A DNA stretch of 53,139 nucleotides, from positions 1-53,139 of the IMG/VR virus record IMGVR_UViG_3300027779_000039. One strand, given 5' to 3'. This document shows positions 26,827 to 34,937 of the stretch, in pieces; the stretch's first letter is position 1; each line of letters opens with the position of its first letter. Below the pieces are notes generated by a model. The model saw only the letters and a list, made by a program, of their open reading frames with translations, was not told the DNA's origin and searched no databases. The position numbers and the translations under genes are program-made. The DNA is from a virus (lineage: Duplodnaviria; Caudoviricetes).

Positions 26827-27156
26827 ATGAATATATTTAAAAAACTATTTAGTAAGGAAGCAGACTTTAGTGGAGAAGGTTATTCTGAGCCTAGAGATAA
26901 GTATAGACTAGGTAGACAAGCAGTTAAGGTCTATAACTATATGCACAACAACGGGTGGAAGAGTTTAAACGCCATAGCTAAAGCTACTGGAGAACCTTCA
27001 CCATCTATATCAGCACAGCTTAGAAACTTTAGAAAGCCTAGCTTTCAACCTGTAGACGCTATCTATGAAGTAGAGAAGAGATATGTACCTAAAGGGGTAT
27101 GGGAATATAAGTTGATAGTAGTGCCTAATAAAACTATGTTTAAGAAGGTTATATAA
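26827..27156 (+). CDS. Winged helix-turn-helix DNA-binding protein
   Basis: KVYNYMxxxxWKSLxAIAxxTGxPxPSISAQLRNFRK helix pattern, then beta wing (VEKR..GVWEYKL). Confidence 0.7.
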   Translation: MNIFKKLFSKEADFSGEGYSEPRDKYRLGRQAVKVYNYMHNNGWKSLNAIAKATGEPSPSISAQLRNFRKPSFQPVDAIYEVEKRYVPKGVWEYKLIVVPNKTMFKKVI

Positions 27157-27447
27157 GGAGTTAGGAAAGAATTAATTTGGTTGGGAAAGGCGGTGAGAGT
27201 CCGTGGTGTAACCCTTAAACAAAGGAGAAAACCCATTAAAAGTATTCCCCAAGAGATTACCTATCAATGCCAAGTTATAAAAAATTATAGTACCCATTGT
27301 CTTAGATACATTATTTCGTTAAGTTGAGGGACATTGTCTTCAATGCAGAGAGGATACAGAGGCTGAGGTTGAGACTCGTATAATGGTGGGCTAAGTTAGT
27401 AGTTAAAACAGTTGCATGCCTAGACTACAAGCTATAAAATAAATAAC
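27157..27447 (+). ncRNA. Candidate structured non-coding RNA
   Basis: About 290-nt gap in a gene-dense arm; T-loop-like hairpin GCGG-TGAGAGT-CCGT and several long-range stems. Confidence 0.4.
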
Positions 27448-27470
27448 GTTTAAACGCATAGGAGAATAAA

Positions 27471-27629
27471 ATGCAATTAATTAAACCAAATACAAGATTT
27501 TATACAAAGAGTACGCCTAGATGGTTAAGAGAATTATGGGGGTATCATTCACACGATAGTAAGCCCGTTACAATGCCTAAGTATAAGTTTATGGAGAAAT
27601 ACCTTGACAGAGAAGAAGACACCAGATAA
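27471..27629 (+). CDS. 52-aa early protein (not in ORF track)
   Basis: AGGAG RBS; MQLIKPNTRFY... Confidence 0.6.
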   Translation: MQLIKPNTRFYTKSTPRWLRELWGYHSHDSKPVTMPKYKFMEKYLDREEDTR

Positions 27630-27735
27630 GCCTAGAGTAGTAAGAGAGTTGCAAGGAACTTACACAAGAGTAAAAGAAGATAAGACTAAGTACAATAGAA
27701 AACGTTTAAACAATGAGGAGAAAGATGATGAGTAA
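27604..27735 (+). CDS. 43-aa peptide with DKTKYNRK motif (not in ORF track)
   Basis: TTG start after GGAG; MTEKKTPDKPRVVRELQGTYTRVKEDKTKYNRKRL... Confidence 0.45.
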   Translation: MTEKKTPDKPRVVRELQGTYTRVKEDKTKYNRKRLNNEEKDDE

Positions 27736-27880
27736 AGAAAAATTAACAATGGGAGAACTACTAGACAGGCTAGACGCAGAGTTTTATGACGTAGATTTAA
27801 CAACGCATGACAGTCCTACAAAAGGAACAGTAGCAGTAGTACATTTTTATGAGGATAAACTTGATGAGGAGGAAGAATAA
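27725..27880 (+). CDS. 51-aa acidic early protein (not in ORF track)
   Basis: GAGGAG RBS; MMSKEKLTMGELLDRLD... Confidence 0.6.
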   Translation: MMSKEKLTMGELLDRLDAEFYDVDLTTHDSPTKGTVAVVHFYEDKLDEEEE

Positions 27881-28059
27881 TGGCACAGTTTAGTATAAGT
27901 TTTAGTTTAACAAGAGACAATGACTTAAAAAGTGATGATGAGTCGTGGTTTGATAAAGAACATATATCTAATGAAATTAAATCATGGTTAGAGGATTTAG
28001 ATTTTAAGGTTGAGGCAATAGAAATAAAGGATAAAAATGAAGTACGTTTATATTATTAG
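27880..28059 (+). CDS. 59-aa acidic early protein (not in ORF track)
   Basis: TAATG coupling; MAQFSISFSLTRD... Confidence 0.6.
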   Translation: MAQFSISFSLTRDNDLKSDDESWFDKEHISNEIKSWLEDLDFKVEAIEIKDKNEVRLYY

Positions 28060-28099
28060 AGGATTTAGATTTTAAGGTTGAGGCAATAGAAATAAAGGA
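27988..28099 (+). repeat. Perfect 44-bp direct repeat (27988-28031 and 28056-28099)
   Basis: TTAGAGGATTTAGATTTTAAGGTTGAGGCAATAGAAATAAAGGA twice. Confidence 0.9.
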
Positions 28100-28189
28100 G
28101 AAAGATGATGAGTAATTGGCAGATATTTGAATTATCAATAGGCATAGTATGTATTGCTATATTGTGGAACATATAAAAGGAGAAGAATA

Positions 28190-28357
28190 ATGAACGCCAA
28201 CGATTTAAGTAGTGCTTTGTGCGATATGTATGACGTTAAACGTGCCTTGAGAACGGAAGTTCTGTTAGCACCCAAAGATAATGAAGGTACTGAAACTACC
28301 ATTGGTGAATGTATTGATGACGTTATTGAATTTCTTGAAACTTTGGAGGGGATATAA
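28190..28357 (+). CDS. Small hypothetical protein
   Basis: AAGGAG RBS before MNANDL. Confidence 0.6.
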   Translation: MNANDLSSALCDMYDVKRALRTEVLLAPKDNEGTETTIGECIDDVIEFLETLEGI

Positions 28358-28551
28358 TGGACATAGTATTAAATGAAGATTACTGGGATTGTGAATGCTT
28401 ATCAAATTACATTCATAGTAAAAAAAAATTAGAGTGTAGTAAATGTAATTCTTTAGCAGATGAACAACCTGATAGCCGACAAGAGGAGGTAAAATATTAC
28501 AAACCCATGACTTTAAAAGAAAGAAACTACAGAAAGAAACATAATTTATAG
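28357..28551 (+). CDS. Small Cys-rich (zinc ribbon-like) protein
   Basis: YWDCEC..NYIH..CSKC..QPDSR motif. Confidence 0.7.
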   Translation: MDIVLNEDYWDCECLSNYIHSKKKLECSKCNSLADEQPDSRQEEVKYYKPMTLKERNYRKKHNL

Positions 28552-28561
28552 GAGAAGTATA

Positions 28562-28714
28562 ATGGCTAAAAAACAGATACAAGGAAAGAATAGAAAGAAG
28601 ACTACTAAAGCTATGTCTCATACGGGAGGCAACAGTAGACCATTAAAAGATATATACTTTGATGAGGTATCACACAAATGGTTTAAACGCCCTATAAAAA
28701 TAGAGGAGGCATAA
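28562..28714 (+). CDS. 50-aa basic protein (not in ORF track)
   Basis: AGGAG RBS; MAKKQIQGKNRKK... Confidence 0.6.
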   Translation: MAKKQIQGKNRKKTTKAMSHTGGNSRPLKDIYFDEVSHKWFKRPIKIEEA

Positions 28715-28715
28715 G

Positions 28716-28913
28716 ATGAGTACATACAGAGACATAATAAGAAAGATACTATACTTTGAAGAACTAGGGACATTGAGCCTAGACCAAGAGATAACAGAAG
28801 AAAGTTTAAACGACCTAAGAGAAGGTATGATACATTTCGCACCTAACAACGTGCCTTACAATGATGACAGGCAGATGAACATAGACGATTACCTAGATAA
28901 AAAAGGAACATAA
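28716..28913 (+). CDS. Hypothetical protein
   Basis: 65 aa; GAGGAGG RBS. Confidence 0.65.
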   Translation: MSTYRDIIRKILYFEELGTLSLDQEITEESLNDLREGMIHFAPNNVPYNDDRQMNIDDYLDKKGT

Positions 28914-28914
28914 C

Positions 28915-29208
28915 ATGGACAAGAAAGCAATACTAATGGCAATAGCCAGTAAAGACGATATAGAGCATATAACAGACGCTATAATGAAGTTTGTAGATAA
29001 GACTTCAGCAGAGGTAGGAGTAGATAGAGAAGACGTTGCTACAAGTTCTCTAGTAGCTTTACTATTATACTATGTAAAGAACTCTTCAGAAGATAAGGCA
29101 GTAGCCGTAGGTAATTTAATGAGTTTATTGAGTAGTGTGTTTATAATAACTTCTACTGCTACTAATTGGGTAGAAGTACAGGAAGAACCTAGTGGGGGTA
29201 TTAACTAG
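28915..29208 (+). CDS. Hypothetical protein
   Basis: 97 aa; AAGGA RBS. Confidence 0.65.
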   Translation: MDKKAILMAIASKDDIEHITDAIMKFVDKTSAEVGVDREDVATSSLVALLLYYVKNSSEDKAVAVGNLMSLLSSVFIITSTATNWVEVQEEPSGGIN

Positions 29209-29291
29209 GTTATATATAGTGTAGCCCCCCACGGGAGATGCGTGTAGCATATAACCTAATTTTAATGTTGTCAAATTATAAGGAGATAAAA

Positions 29292-29483
29292 ATGGCAGAT
29301 ATAAATATACAGACAGAAGAAATAGTAAATGAAGTTTTAGACGAAGCAAGAGATACCATTATCCAAAGGGGAGGTCAGGAGTTGGAGTGGTCATACCATG
29401 CGGACACAGACTTAAAAAAGATTGTTGTAGTGTTTGCTACTAACAAAGAAGATGACGAAGAACTATTAACGAAAGGAATGTGA
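29292..29483 (+). CDS. Small acidic protein
   Basis: AAGGAG RBS before MADINIQ. Confidence 0.65.
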   Translation: MADINIQTEEIVNEVLDEARDTIIQRGGQELEWSYHADTDLKKIVVVFATNKEDDEELLTKGM

Positions 29484-29484
29484 T

Positions 29485-29748
29485 ATGAGAAATACGTTTA
29501 GTAACTTTTCTGAACACAAGCAGTATCTTGTAGGCTTAATACACCGATTACTGTTTAGTGTAAAAAGAAAATCTAGGACAGTAAAGTACATAAAAAAATA
29601 TCTTAGGTATGAGGTTGAAGAATACAAAGAGTTAGATAATAGTAGTATTCACGATTTTGATGATATTATATGTGCGGGTAGACGAGAATTAGCAGAAAGT
29701 TTATTAGAAGAATTAGAGAGGTGGGAACATGGTCAAAAAAGATTCTGA
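29485..29748 (+). CDS. Hypothetical protein
   Basis: 87 aa, tiled. Confidence 0.6.
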   Translation: MRNTFSNFSEHKQYLVGLIHRLLFSVKRKSRTVKYIKKYLRYEVEEYKELDNSSIHDFDDIICAGRRELAESLLEELERWEHGQKRF

Positions 29749-29968
29749 AGAAACTATGTATACGATAGCAAGACAAGACCTTGCCCGCATAGAAGAATAT
29801 GAGGTGCAATGGATAGAGTTCTTTGGTTGTTGGGTAAGGTTAGAAAGGTCGTCAGAGACAGGGCAATCCGTTATGATTACTGTACACAAAGATGAAGATT
29901 CAGATTACATAGGTAAGTTAGTAGTTAATAATGAGTGTTTAAACCCCAAGGAGATAGCAGATGAGTAA
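29729..29968 (+). CDS. Hypothetical protein
   Basis: 79 aa; GAGGT RBS. Confidence 0.6.
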   Translation: MVKKDSEETMYTIARQDLARIEEYEVQWIEFFGCWVRLERSSETGQSVMITVHKDEDSDYIGKLVVNNECLNPKEIADE

Positions 29969-30185
29969 AAAATTAATATATACTTTTCACGGAGAGAATC
30001 ATCATTGTGATGAGGTAGAGTTAGATAGTTTTTTAGATAGCTTTAATAACCATGCACCCGAATTTTTTGAGAACATTAGAGCATTCTCTTCTAAAAAAGA
30101 TAGAGATACTTTTGCTACTAGAGAGACAGAAAGAGACGCAGAAGTTACTGAACGTTTAAACGCTATACTAAACAGAGGATTTTAA
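29961..30185 (+). CDS. Hypothetical protein
   Basis: 74 aa; AAGGAG RBS. Confidence 0.6.
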   Translation: MSKKLIYTFHGENHHCDEVELDSFLDSFNNHAPEFFENIRAFSSKKDRDTFATRETERDAEVTERLNAILNRGF

Positions 30186-30977
30186 TTGAGGGCTACAGAA
30201 AGACTTCATCAAGCTATACAAGAATTAAATTTAGAAGATGAGGCTACACAGAGACTTGATTGTGTCGAGTGTGGGAAAAGAAATACCCTTACTGTAACTA
30301 GGATAGACGGGAAGATATTATGGAATTGTTATTCTGCTTCTTGTAGTATTGGAGGAGTGACTGATGCAGAATACTCTAGGGAAGATGTTACTAACAAAGT
30401 ACATCTCGTACCTAAAGAAAAAGAAGACAAGCCTTTTGTAGTACCTGATTATTTTGTAAGAGATGTAACGAGAAGTAGTGACTGTTTAAACTACATCAAT
30501 GAATTTAATTTTATGTCTGTTTATGATAAGAACCCAGAAAGATTTATGTATGATGTCAAAGGAGATAGATTAGTTTTTATGACAGTATATGATGGTGTTG
30601 TTGTGGGTGCAGTTGGAAGGGCATTGAAGTACGGGATTAAATGGTACAGGTACGATACTTGTCACACGCCTTTTATTATACAGGGCGGAGACTCTATTGC
30701 TGTAGTTGTAGAAGATTGTACTTCAGCATGTGTTGTAGCCACTGTGGGAACAGGGATAGCCTTGTTAGGTACTAATCTTTTGACTGAGCATATACAATAT
30801 CTAAAACCTTATAAGAACCTTGTAGTAGCTTTAGATAGAGACGCTACAGATAAAGCCATTGACATACAACGTAAGTTAGCTATTCATGTAGACAGATGCA
30901 AAGTTCTTATTTTGGAAAGGGACTTGAAGTACGAGAACGAAACAAGTATTAAAAATTTATTAGGAGAGATGATGTAA
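30186..30977 (+). CDS. DNA primase (Zn finger + TOPRIM)
   Basis: CVEC...NCYSASC zinc-binding domain; VVVEDCTSA, ALLGT, VALDRDA TOPRIM motifs. Confidence 0.9.
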   Translation: MRATERLHQAIQELNLEDEATQRLDCVECGKRNTLTVTRIDGKILWNCYSASCSIGGVTDAEYSREDVTNKVHLVPKEKEDKPFVVPDYFVRDVTRSSDCLNYINEFNFMSVYDKNPERFMYDVKGDRLVFMTVYDGVVVGAVGRALKYGIKWYRYDTCHTPFIIQGGDSIAVVVEDCTSACVVATVGTGIALLGTNLLTEHIQYLKPYKNLVVALDRDATDKAIDIQRKLAIHVDRCKVLILERDLKYENETSIKNLLGEMM

Positions 30978-31222
30978 TGGCATTTAGAAAAAAGATTATA
31001 CCAAGAAATTCTAAGAATAGAGGAATAAGATTAGGAGTAGATTTTAATGACATAGTAGATGATGAGACTGCAGGAGATTGGTCGCAGATATGTAGTGACT
31101 GCCAGAGGAAGCATAATTTTCACAAAGCTAAGTTAGATGAATATAACATTGACAACGAGACTATATGCGGTATAAGAAGATGCGACAACATAGCAAGTTT
31201 GTTTATTACTTTTGATAGATAG
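30977..31222 (+). CDS. Small Cys-containing protein
   Basis: WSQICSDC...ICGIRRC. Confidence 0.65.
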   Translation: MAFRKKIIPRNSKNRGIRLGVDFNDIVDDETAGDWSQICSDCQRKHNFHKAKLDEYNIDNETICGIRRCDNIASLFITFDR

Positions 31223-31246
31223 CGTTTAAACATAGAGGAAAATAAT

Positions 31247-32476
31247 ATGACAAGTATGCCTAAAGAAATATTAAAAAAGTATGCGACTAACCATGACTTT
31301 CACAATCAAGTAGTAGATAGATTAGATGACACCATGTTTTCTAATGGGTTGTTAAAAGTTAAACATGCGGTAGATGACGCATATAAAAAGTATAAGGACA
31401 AAGACCTAACGTTGACTGATATTGCTATGAATTATATAGCTACGTTCCCGTCAATAACAGTAAGCCAGAAAGATTCTATAATGGCAGACTTTGAGGTAAT
31501 TAAAAAACTAAACGATATAGATGATGATATAGCATTTGACATGGTCTATAAGATGTCTCTTCAATCTCAGGCACAGAAAGTTGCTCAACAGTCTATAAAG
31601 ATAATGCAAGGCGACCACTACGACTCTACCTCGGTAATCAGGGCTACTGAAAAACTTAGGTCTATGGCGGATAGAGGGAAAGAAAGCGAGCTTAGAGCAT
31701 CTAACGACATGGAAGAATTGTTTGATGAGTTAGACCAAGAACATCACTACACTTTTCATATACCTAGTTTAAACGACAGGGTAGGAGGAATAAGCAAGGG
31801 AATGTTTGTTGTTGTAGGAGCTAGACCTAACGTAGGTAAGTCAGGGTTTGCTCATTCTATGATAGCCTCTCCAAAAGGTTTCTTAGACCAAGGTGCTAAA
31901 TGTATTATGTTTACTAATGAGGAGAAGGCTCAAAGACATATGTTAAGAATGGTTACTGCCTCATGCCAAGAAAGAATATCTTATGTAAAAGAATACAAGC
32001 ATAGGTTTGTAGATAAATGGAAAAAGAAGTCAGAGAATTTACATATATTTGATTCTAGTAGCTTGACATTCGGAGAGATTGAGGCAATAGTGGAGAAAGA
32101 AAAGCCTGATGTAATAGTCATAGATATTTTAGATAAGACTCAGATAGGCGGAACATTTGCTAGAGACGACCAACGACTAACGAGTTTATACGCAGAGAGT
32201 AGAGACTTAGCTAAAAGACAGGAGTGTGTTGTGTTTGGTATGTGCCAGTTATCCGCAGAAGCATCAGGTAAGATTATATTAAACGATTCTATGCTGTCAG
32301 GCTCAAGAACAGGTAAGGCAGGTGAGGCGGATTTAATTGTTTTAATTGGTAAGGAAGAGACAGAAGAAGGTGATACCAATATGAGATGGATTAACATAGT
32401 AAAGAATAAAATTACAGGTCAGCATGGAAACTTTGCAGTTATGTTTGACCATTTAACAGCATCTTACATGGACTAA
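31247..32476 (+). CDS. Replicative SF4 (DnaB-like) helicase
   Basis: Walker A GARPNVGKS; NEE; VIVIDILD; QLS; KNKITG. Confidence 0.92.
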   Translation: MTSMPKEILKKYATNHDFHNQVVDRLDDTMFSNGLLKVKHAVDDAYKKYKDKDLTLTDIAMNYIATFPSITVSQKDSIMADFEVIKKLNDIDDDIAFDMVYKMSLQSQAQKVAQQSIKIMQGDHYDSTSVIRATEKLRSMADRGKESELRASNDMEELFDELDQEHHYTFHIPSLNDRVGGISKGMFVVVGARPNVGKSGFAHSMIASPKGFLDQGAKCIMFTNEEKAQRHMLRMVTASCQERISYVKEYKHRFVDKWKKKSENLHIFDSSSLTFGEIEAIVEKEKPDVIVIDILDKTQIGGTFARDDQRLTSLYAESRDLAKRQECVVFGMCQLSAEASGKIILNDSMLSGSRTGKAGEADLIVLIGKEETEEGDTNMRWINIVKNKITGQHGNFAVMFDHLTASYMD

Positions 32477-32492
32477 GGTGTTTAAACGTATA

Positions 32493-32625
32493 TCTCCGTC
32501 TTATAACTTGGGATGGAGAAGCGACTGAGCCTAGTCTATATGAGAAAGAATTGTCCCTCCTCTGGATTACTCTCTCATACTTTAGACGATTGTGTTACCT
32601 CGTACAATCTATTAAGCTCAGTCGC
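32493..32625 (+). ncRNA. Structured RNA element (hairpin plus three-way junction) in the DNA polymerase leader
   Basis: Perfect 10-bp stem GCGACTGAGC/GCTCAGTCGC enclosing two further stems. Confidence 0.6.
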
Positions 32626-32643
32626 ACTCATTAAGGAAACAGT

Positions 32644-34797
32644 ATGTATAATAATAAAGTAGTAATAGACATAGAGAATAAAGTTACTGATGGTAACCCC
32701 TCTCCTTATCATACCGATAACTATTTGGTATGTGTAGGTCATGCCTCTGTAACAGACAAAGTTAATAACGTTACAGTCACATGGTTTAAACACAATGAGT
32801 ATAAAGATTCTTCGGTCAATGACTTCACAGACTTACAAAAAGTGTTAGATGGTGCAGACCTATTGATAGGACACAATATAAAATATGATATGTCATGGTT
32901 GTATGAGTGTGGCTTTACTTACAATGGAGACTTGCATGACACTATGACAGGAGAGTATCTTCTTGCTAGGGGAGAAAAGTTAGCATTATCTTTAGCTGAG
33001 TCATGTAAAAGAAGAGAAGTTACATTAAAGAAGTCTGAACTTATTGACGGGTACTTTGAAAACAAAATAGGTTTTGAAGCCATGCCTATAGCTTTAGTAG
33101 GCGAGTATAATAAATATGATATAATATCGTGTGGTGAACTTTACTTAGAACAAGAAAGACTATTTCATACGGATGAATACAAATCTATTCTACCCATTAT
33201 TTTATTAACTAACGAGATGACTAAAGTCTTAATAGATATAGAACGTAACGGGATAGCTATTGACGTAGATGCGTTGGAGAAAGTTAGATTAACATACAGC
33301 AATGAAAGAACGTTTAAGTCTGCAGAAAATAAAGAAGTAGTAAAAGAAGTAATGGGAGACAGACCTTTTAATCTAGCTAGTCCAGAACAGATGTCTGAAA
33401 TAGTATGGTCAAGAAAAGTAAATGATAAAAATGAATGGGCTAGAGTATTTGGCATAGGAGCTAGGGCAGGGGGAACGAGTAAGTACAAAAAACGTATACC
33501 AAAGAGTAGTTTAAACGACATAGTTAAAGCACATACTACTATATCTAGGAAAACAGAAGTCAAGCAATGCAGAACTTGTAGAGGAGCAGGCACTATATTT
33601 CGTAGAAAAAAAGATGGTACTCCTTACTTAAAGCACCCTAAATGCCAGTCGTGTAGAGGTACGGGATACACTTATAAGAAGCTACAGGAAGTAGCAGGGT
33701 TTAAGTTTTCTCCTACATCAGTAGACCAGATAACCGCTAATGGGTTTGCTACTGATAAGGCTACCTTTGGAAGTTTAGCAGAGATAGCGGAGGCACAAGG
33801 TCTAGACAAAGCACACAAATTTTTGACTAACTCTCAAAGAATAAATGCTCTTAATACTTACATCAATTCTTTTTGTAAGGGCATACAGCAAAATGTTTAT
33901 GATAACGGCATACTACATCCTCAAATAAATCAGGTGCGTACTTCAACAGGTAGGCTATCTTCGTCTAAGCCTAACTTTCAAAATCTACCTCGTGGAGGTA
34001 CGGCTAGAGTTAGAAAAGCTATAGTGTCAAGATTTAAGGGAGGAAAAGTTCTTGAAGGAGACTTTGCTCAGTTAGAGTTTAGAACTGCTGTATGGGTAGC
34101 GGATGACCCTGTAGGAAGAAAAGAAATAGACAATGGCTTTGACGTACATGCACATACTGCTAAAGTACTGACAGAAGCAGGGCAAGAGACATCAAGACAA
34201 GAGGCTAAGTCCCGAACATTCAGACCTTTGTATGGGGGAATGTCTGGCTCTCCTGCAGAAGTAGCTTATAACATATCTTTTATGAGTAAATATAGTAGTA
34301 TAGGAAAATGGCATAAGACTCTTCAAGAAGAAGCTATAGCTACTAAAAAAATTACTACTCTAACAGGCAGACAGTTTGTATTTCCAAAAGCATCTAGGAC
34401 ACGAGCAGGCTCTACCTTTGCCACACAAATTAAAAATTATCCTGTGCAGTCCATTGCCACCGCAGAAATAGTTCCTTTAGCATGTATATTATTTAAGGAA
34501 GTATTAGACTCAAAAAAATATAAATCACTTATCATTAATACAGTGCATGACAGTATTGTTGTTGATGTGCATCCTGATGAGATAGATACTATACCTTTTG
34601 AACTAAGAAAGGCTATGCTACGAGTCCCTGAAAGATTGCTATCTCAATTTAATCTTACTTTAGACGTTCCTATGGGAGTGGATTTAAAGATAGGAGATGA
34701 TTGGTTAGACATGGAAGAGATACTAGATGAACCGAGAAGACATGTTTTCAAAGTGGAGAAGGGAATTGTACCAGTACAAGAAAGCCCATCCATATGA
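32644..34797 (+). CDS. polA: Family A DNA polymerase with 3'-5' exonuclease and inserted DnaJ-type zinc finger
   Basis: DIE / GHNIKYD / YNKYD exo motifs; DFAQLEFR, RQEAKSRTFRPLYG, TVHDS pol motifs; CRTCRGAG and CQSCRGTG. Confidence 0.95.
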   Translation: MYNNKVVIDIENKVTDGNPSPYHTDNYLVCVGHASVTDKVNNVTVTWFKHNEYKDSSVNDFTDLQKVLDGADLLIGHNIKYDMSWLYECGFTYNGDLHDTMTGEYLLARGEKLALSLAESCKRREVTLKKSELIDGYFENKIGFEAMPIALVGEYNKYDIISCGELYLEQERLFHTDEYKSILPIILLTNEMTKVLIDIERNGIAIDVDALEKVRLTYSNERTFKSAENKEVVKEVMGDRPFNLASPEQMSEIVWSRKVNDKNEWARVFGIGARAGGTSKYKKRIPKSSLNDIVKAHTTISRKTEVKQCRTCRGAGTIFRRKKDGTPYLKHPKCQSCRGTGYTYKKLQEVAGFKFSPTSVDQITANGFATDKATFGSLAEIAEAQGLDKAHKFLTNSQRINALNTYINSFCKGIQQNVYDNGILHPQINQVRTSTGRLSSSKPNFQNLPRGGTARVRKAIVSRFKGGKVLEGDFAQLEFRTAVWVADDPVGRKEIDNGFDVHAHTAKVLTEAGQETSRQEAKSRTFRPLYGGMSGSPAEVAYNISFMSKYSSIGKWHKTLQEEAIATKKITTLTGRQFVFPKASRTRAGSTFATQIKNYPVQSIATAEIVPLACILFKEVLDSKKYKSLIINTVHDSIVVDVHPDEIDTIPFELRKAMLRVPERLLSQFNLTLDVPMGVDLKIGDDWLDMEEILDEPRRHVFKVEKGIVPVQESPSI

Positions 34798-34882
34798 CAG
34801 AATTACGTTGCCAAAAATGTCATGGCACAAAGACGGAGAAAATATAGTGCTTAAAAAAAGAAATAAATATTAGCATTATAAT

Positions 34883-34910
34883 TTGACATTTATTAAAAAT
34901 AGAGTATAAC
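34883..34910 (+). promoter_or_regulatory. Sigma70-type promoter
   Basis: TTGACA-16 bp-TATAAC upstream of an AGGAGG RBS. Confidence 0.65.
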
Positions 34911-34937
34911 TCTATAACACTTTAACAGGAGGTCTAT

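Noticed and set aside
27183-27260. tRNA or complete cobalamin riboswitch
   Set aside because: Only a T-loop-like hairpin; no cloverleaf and no B12-box; kept only as a candidate ncRNA
32521-32625. Hammerhead ribozyme
   Set aside because: Three-way junction lacks the CUGAxGA/GAAA core on either strand
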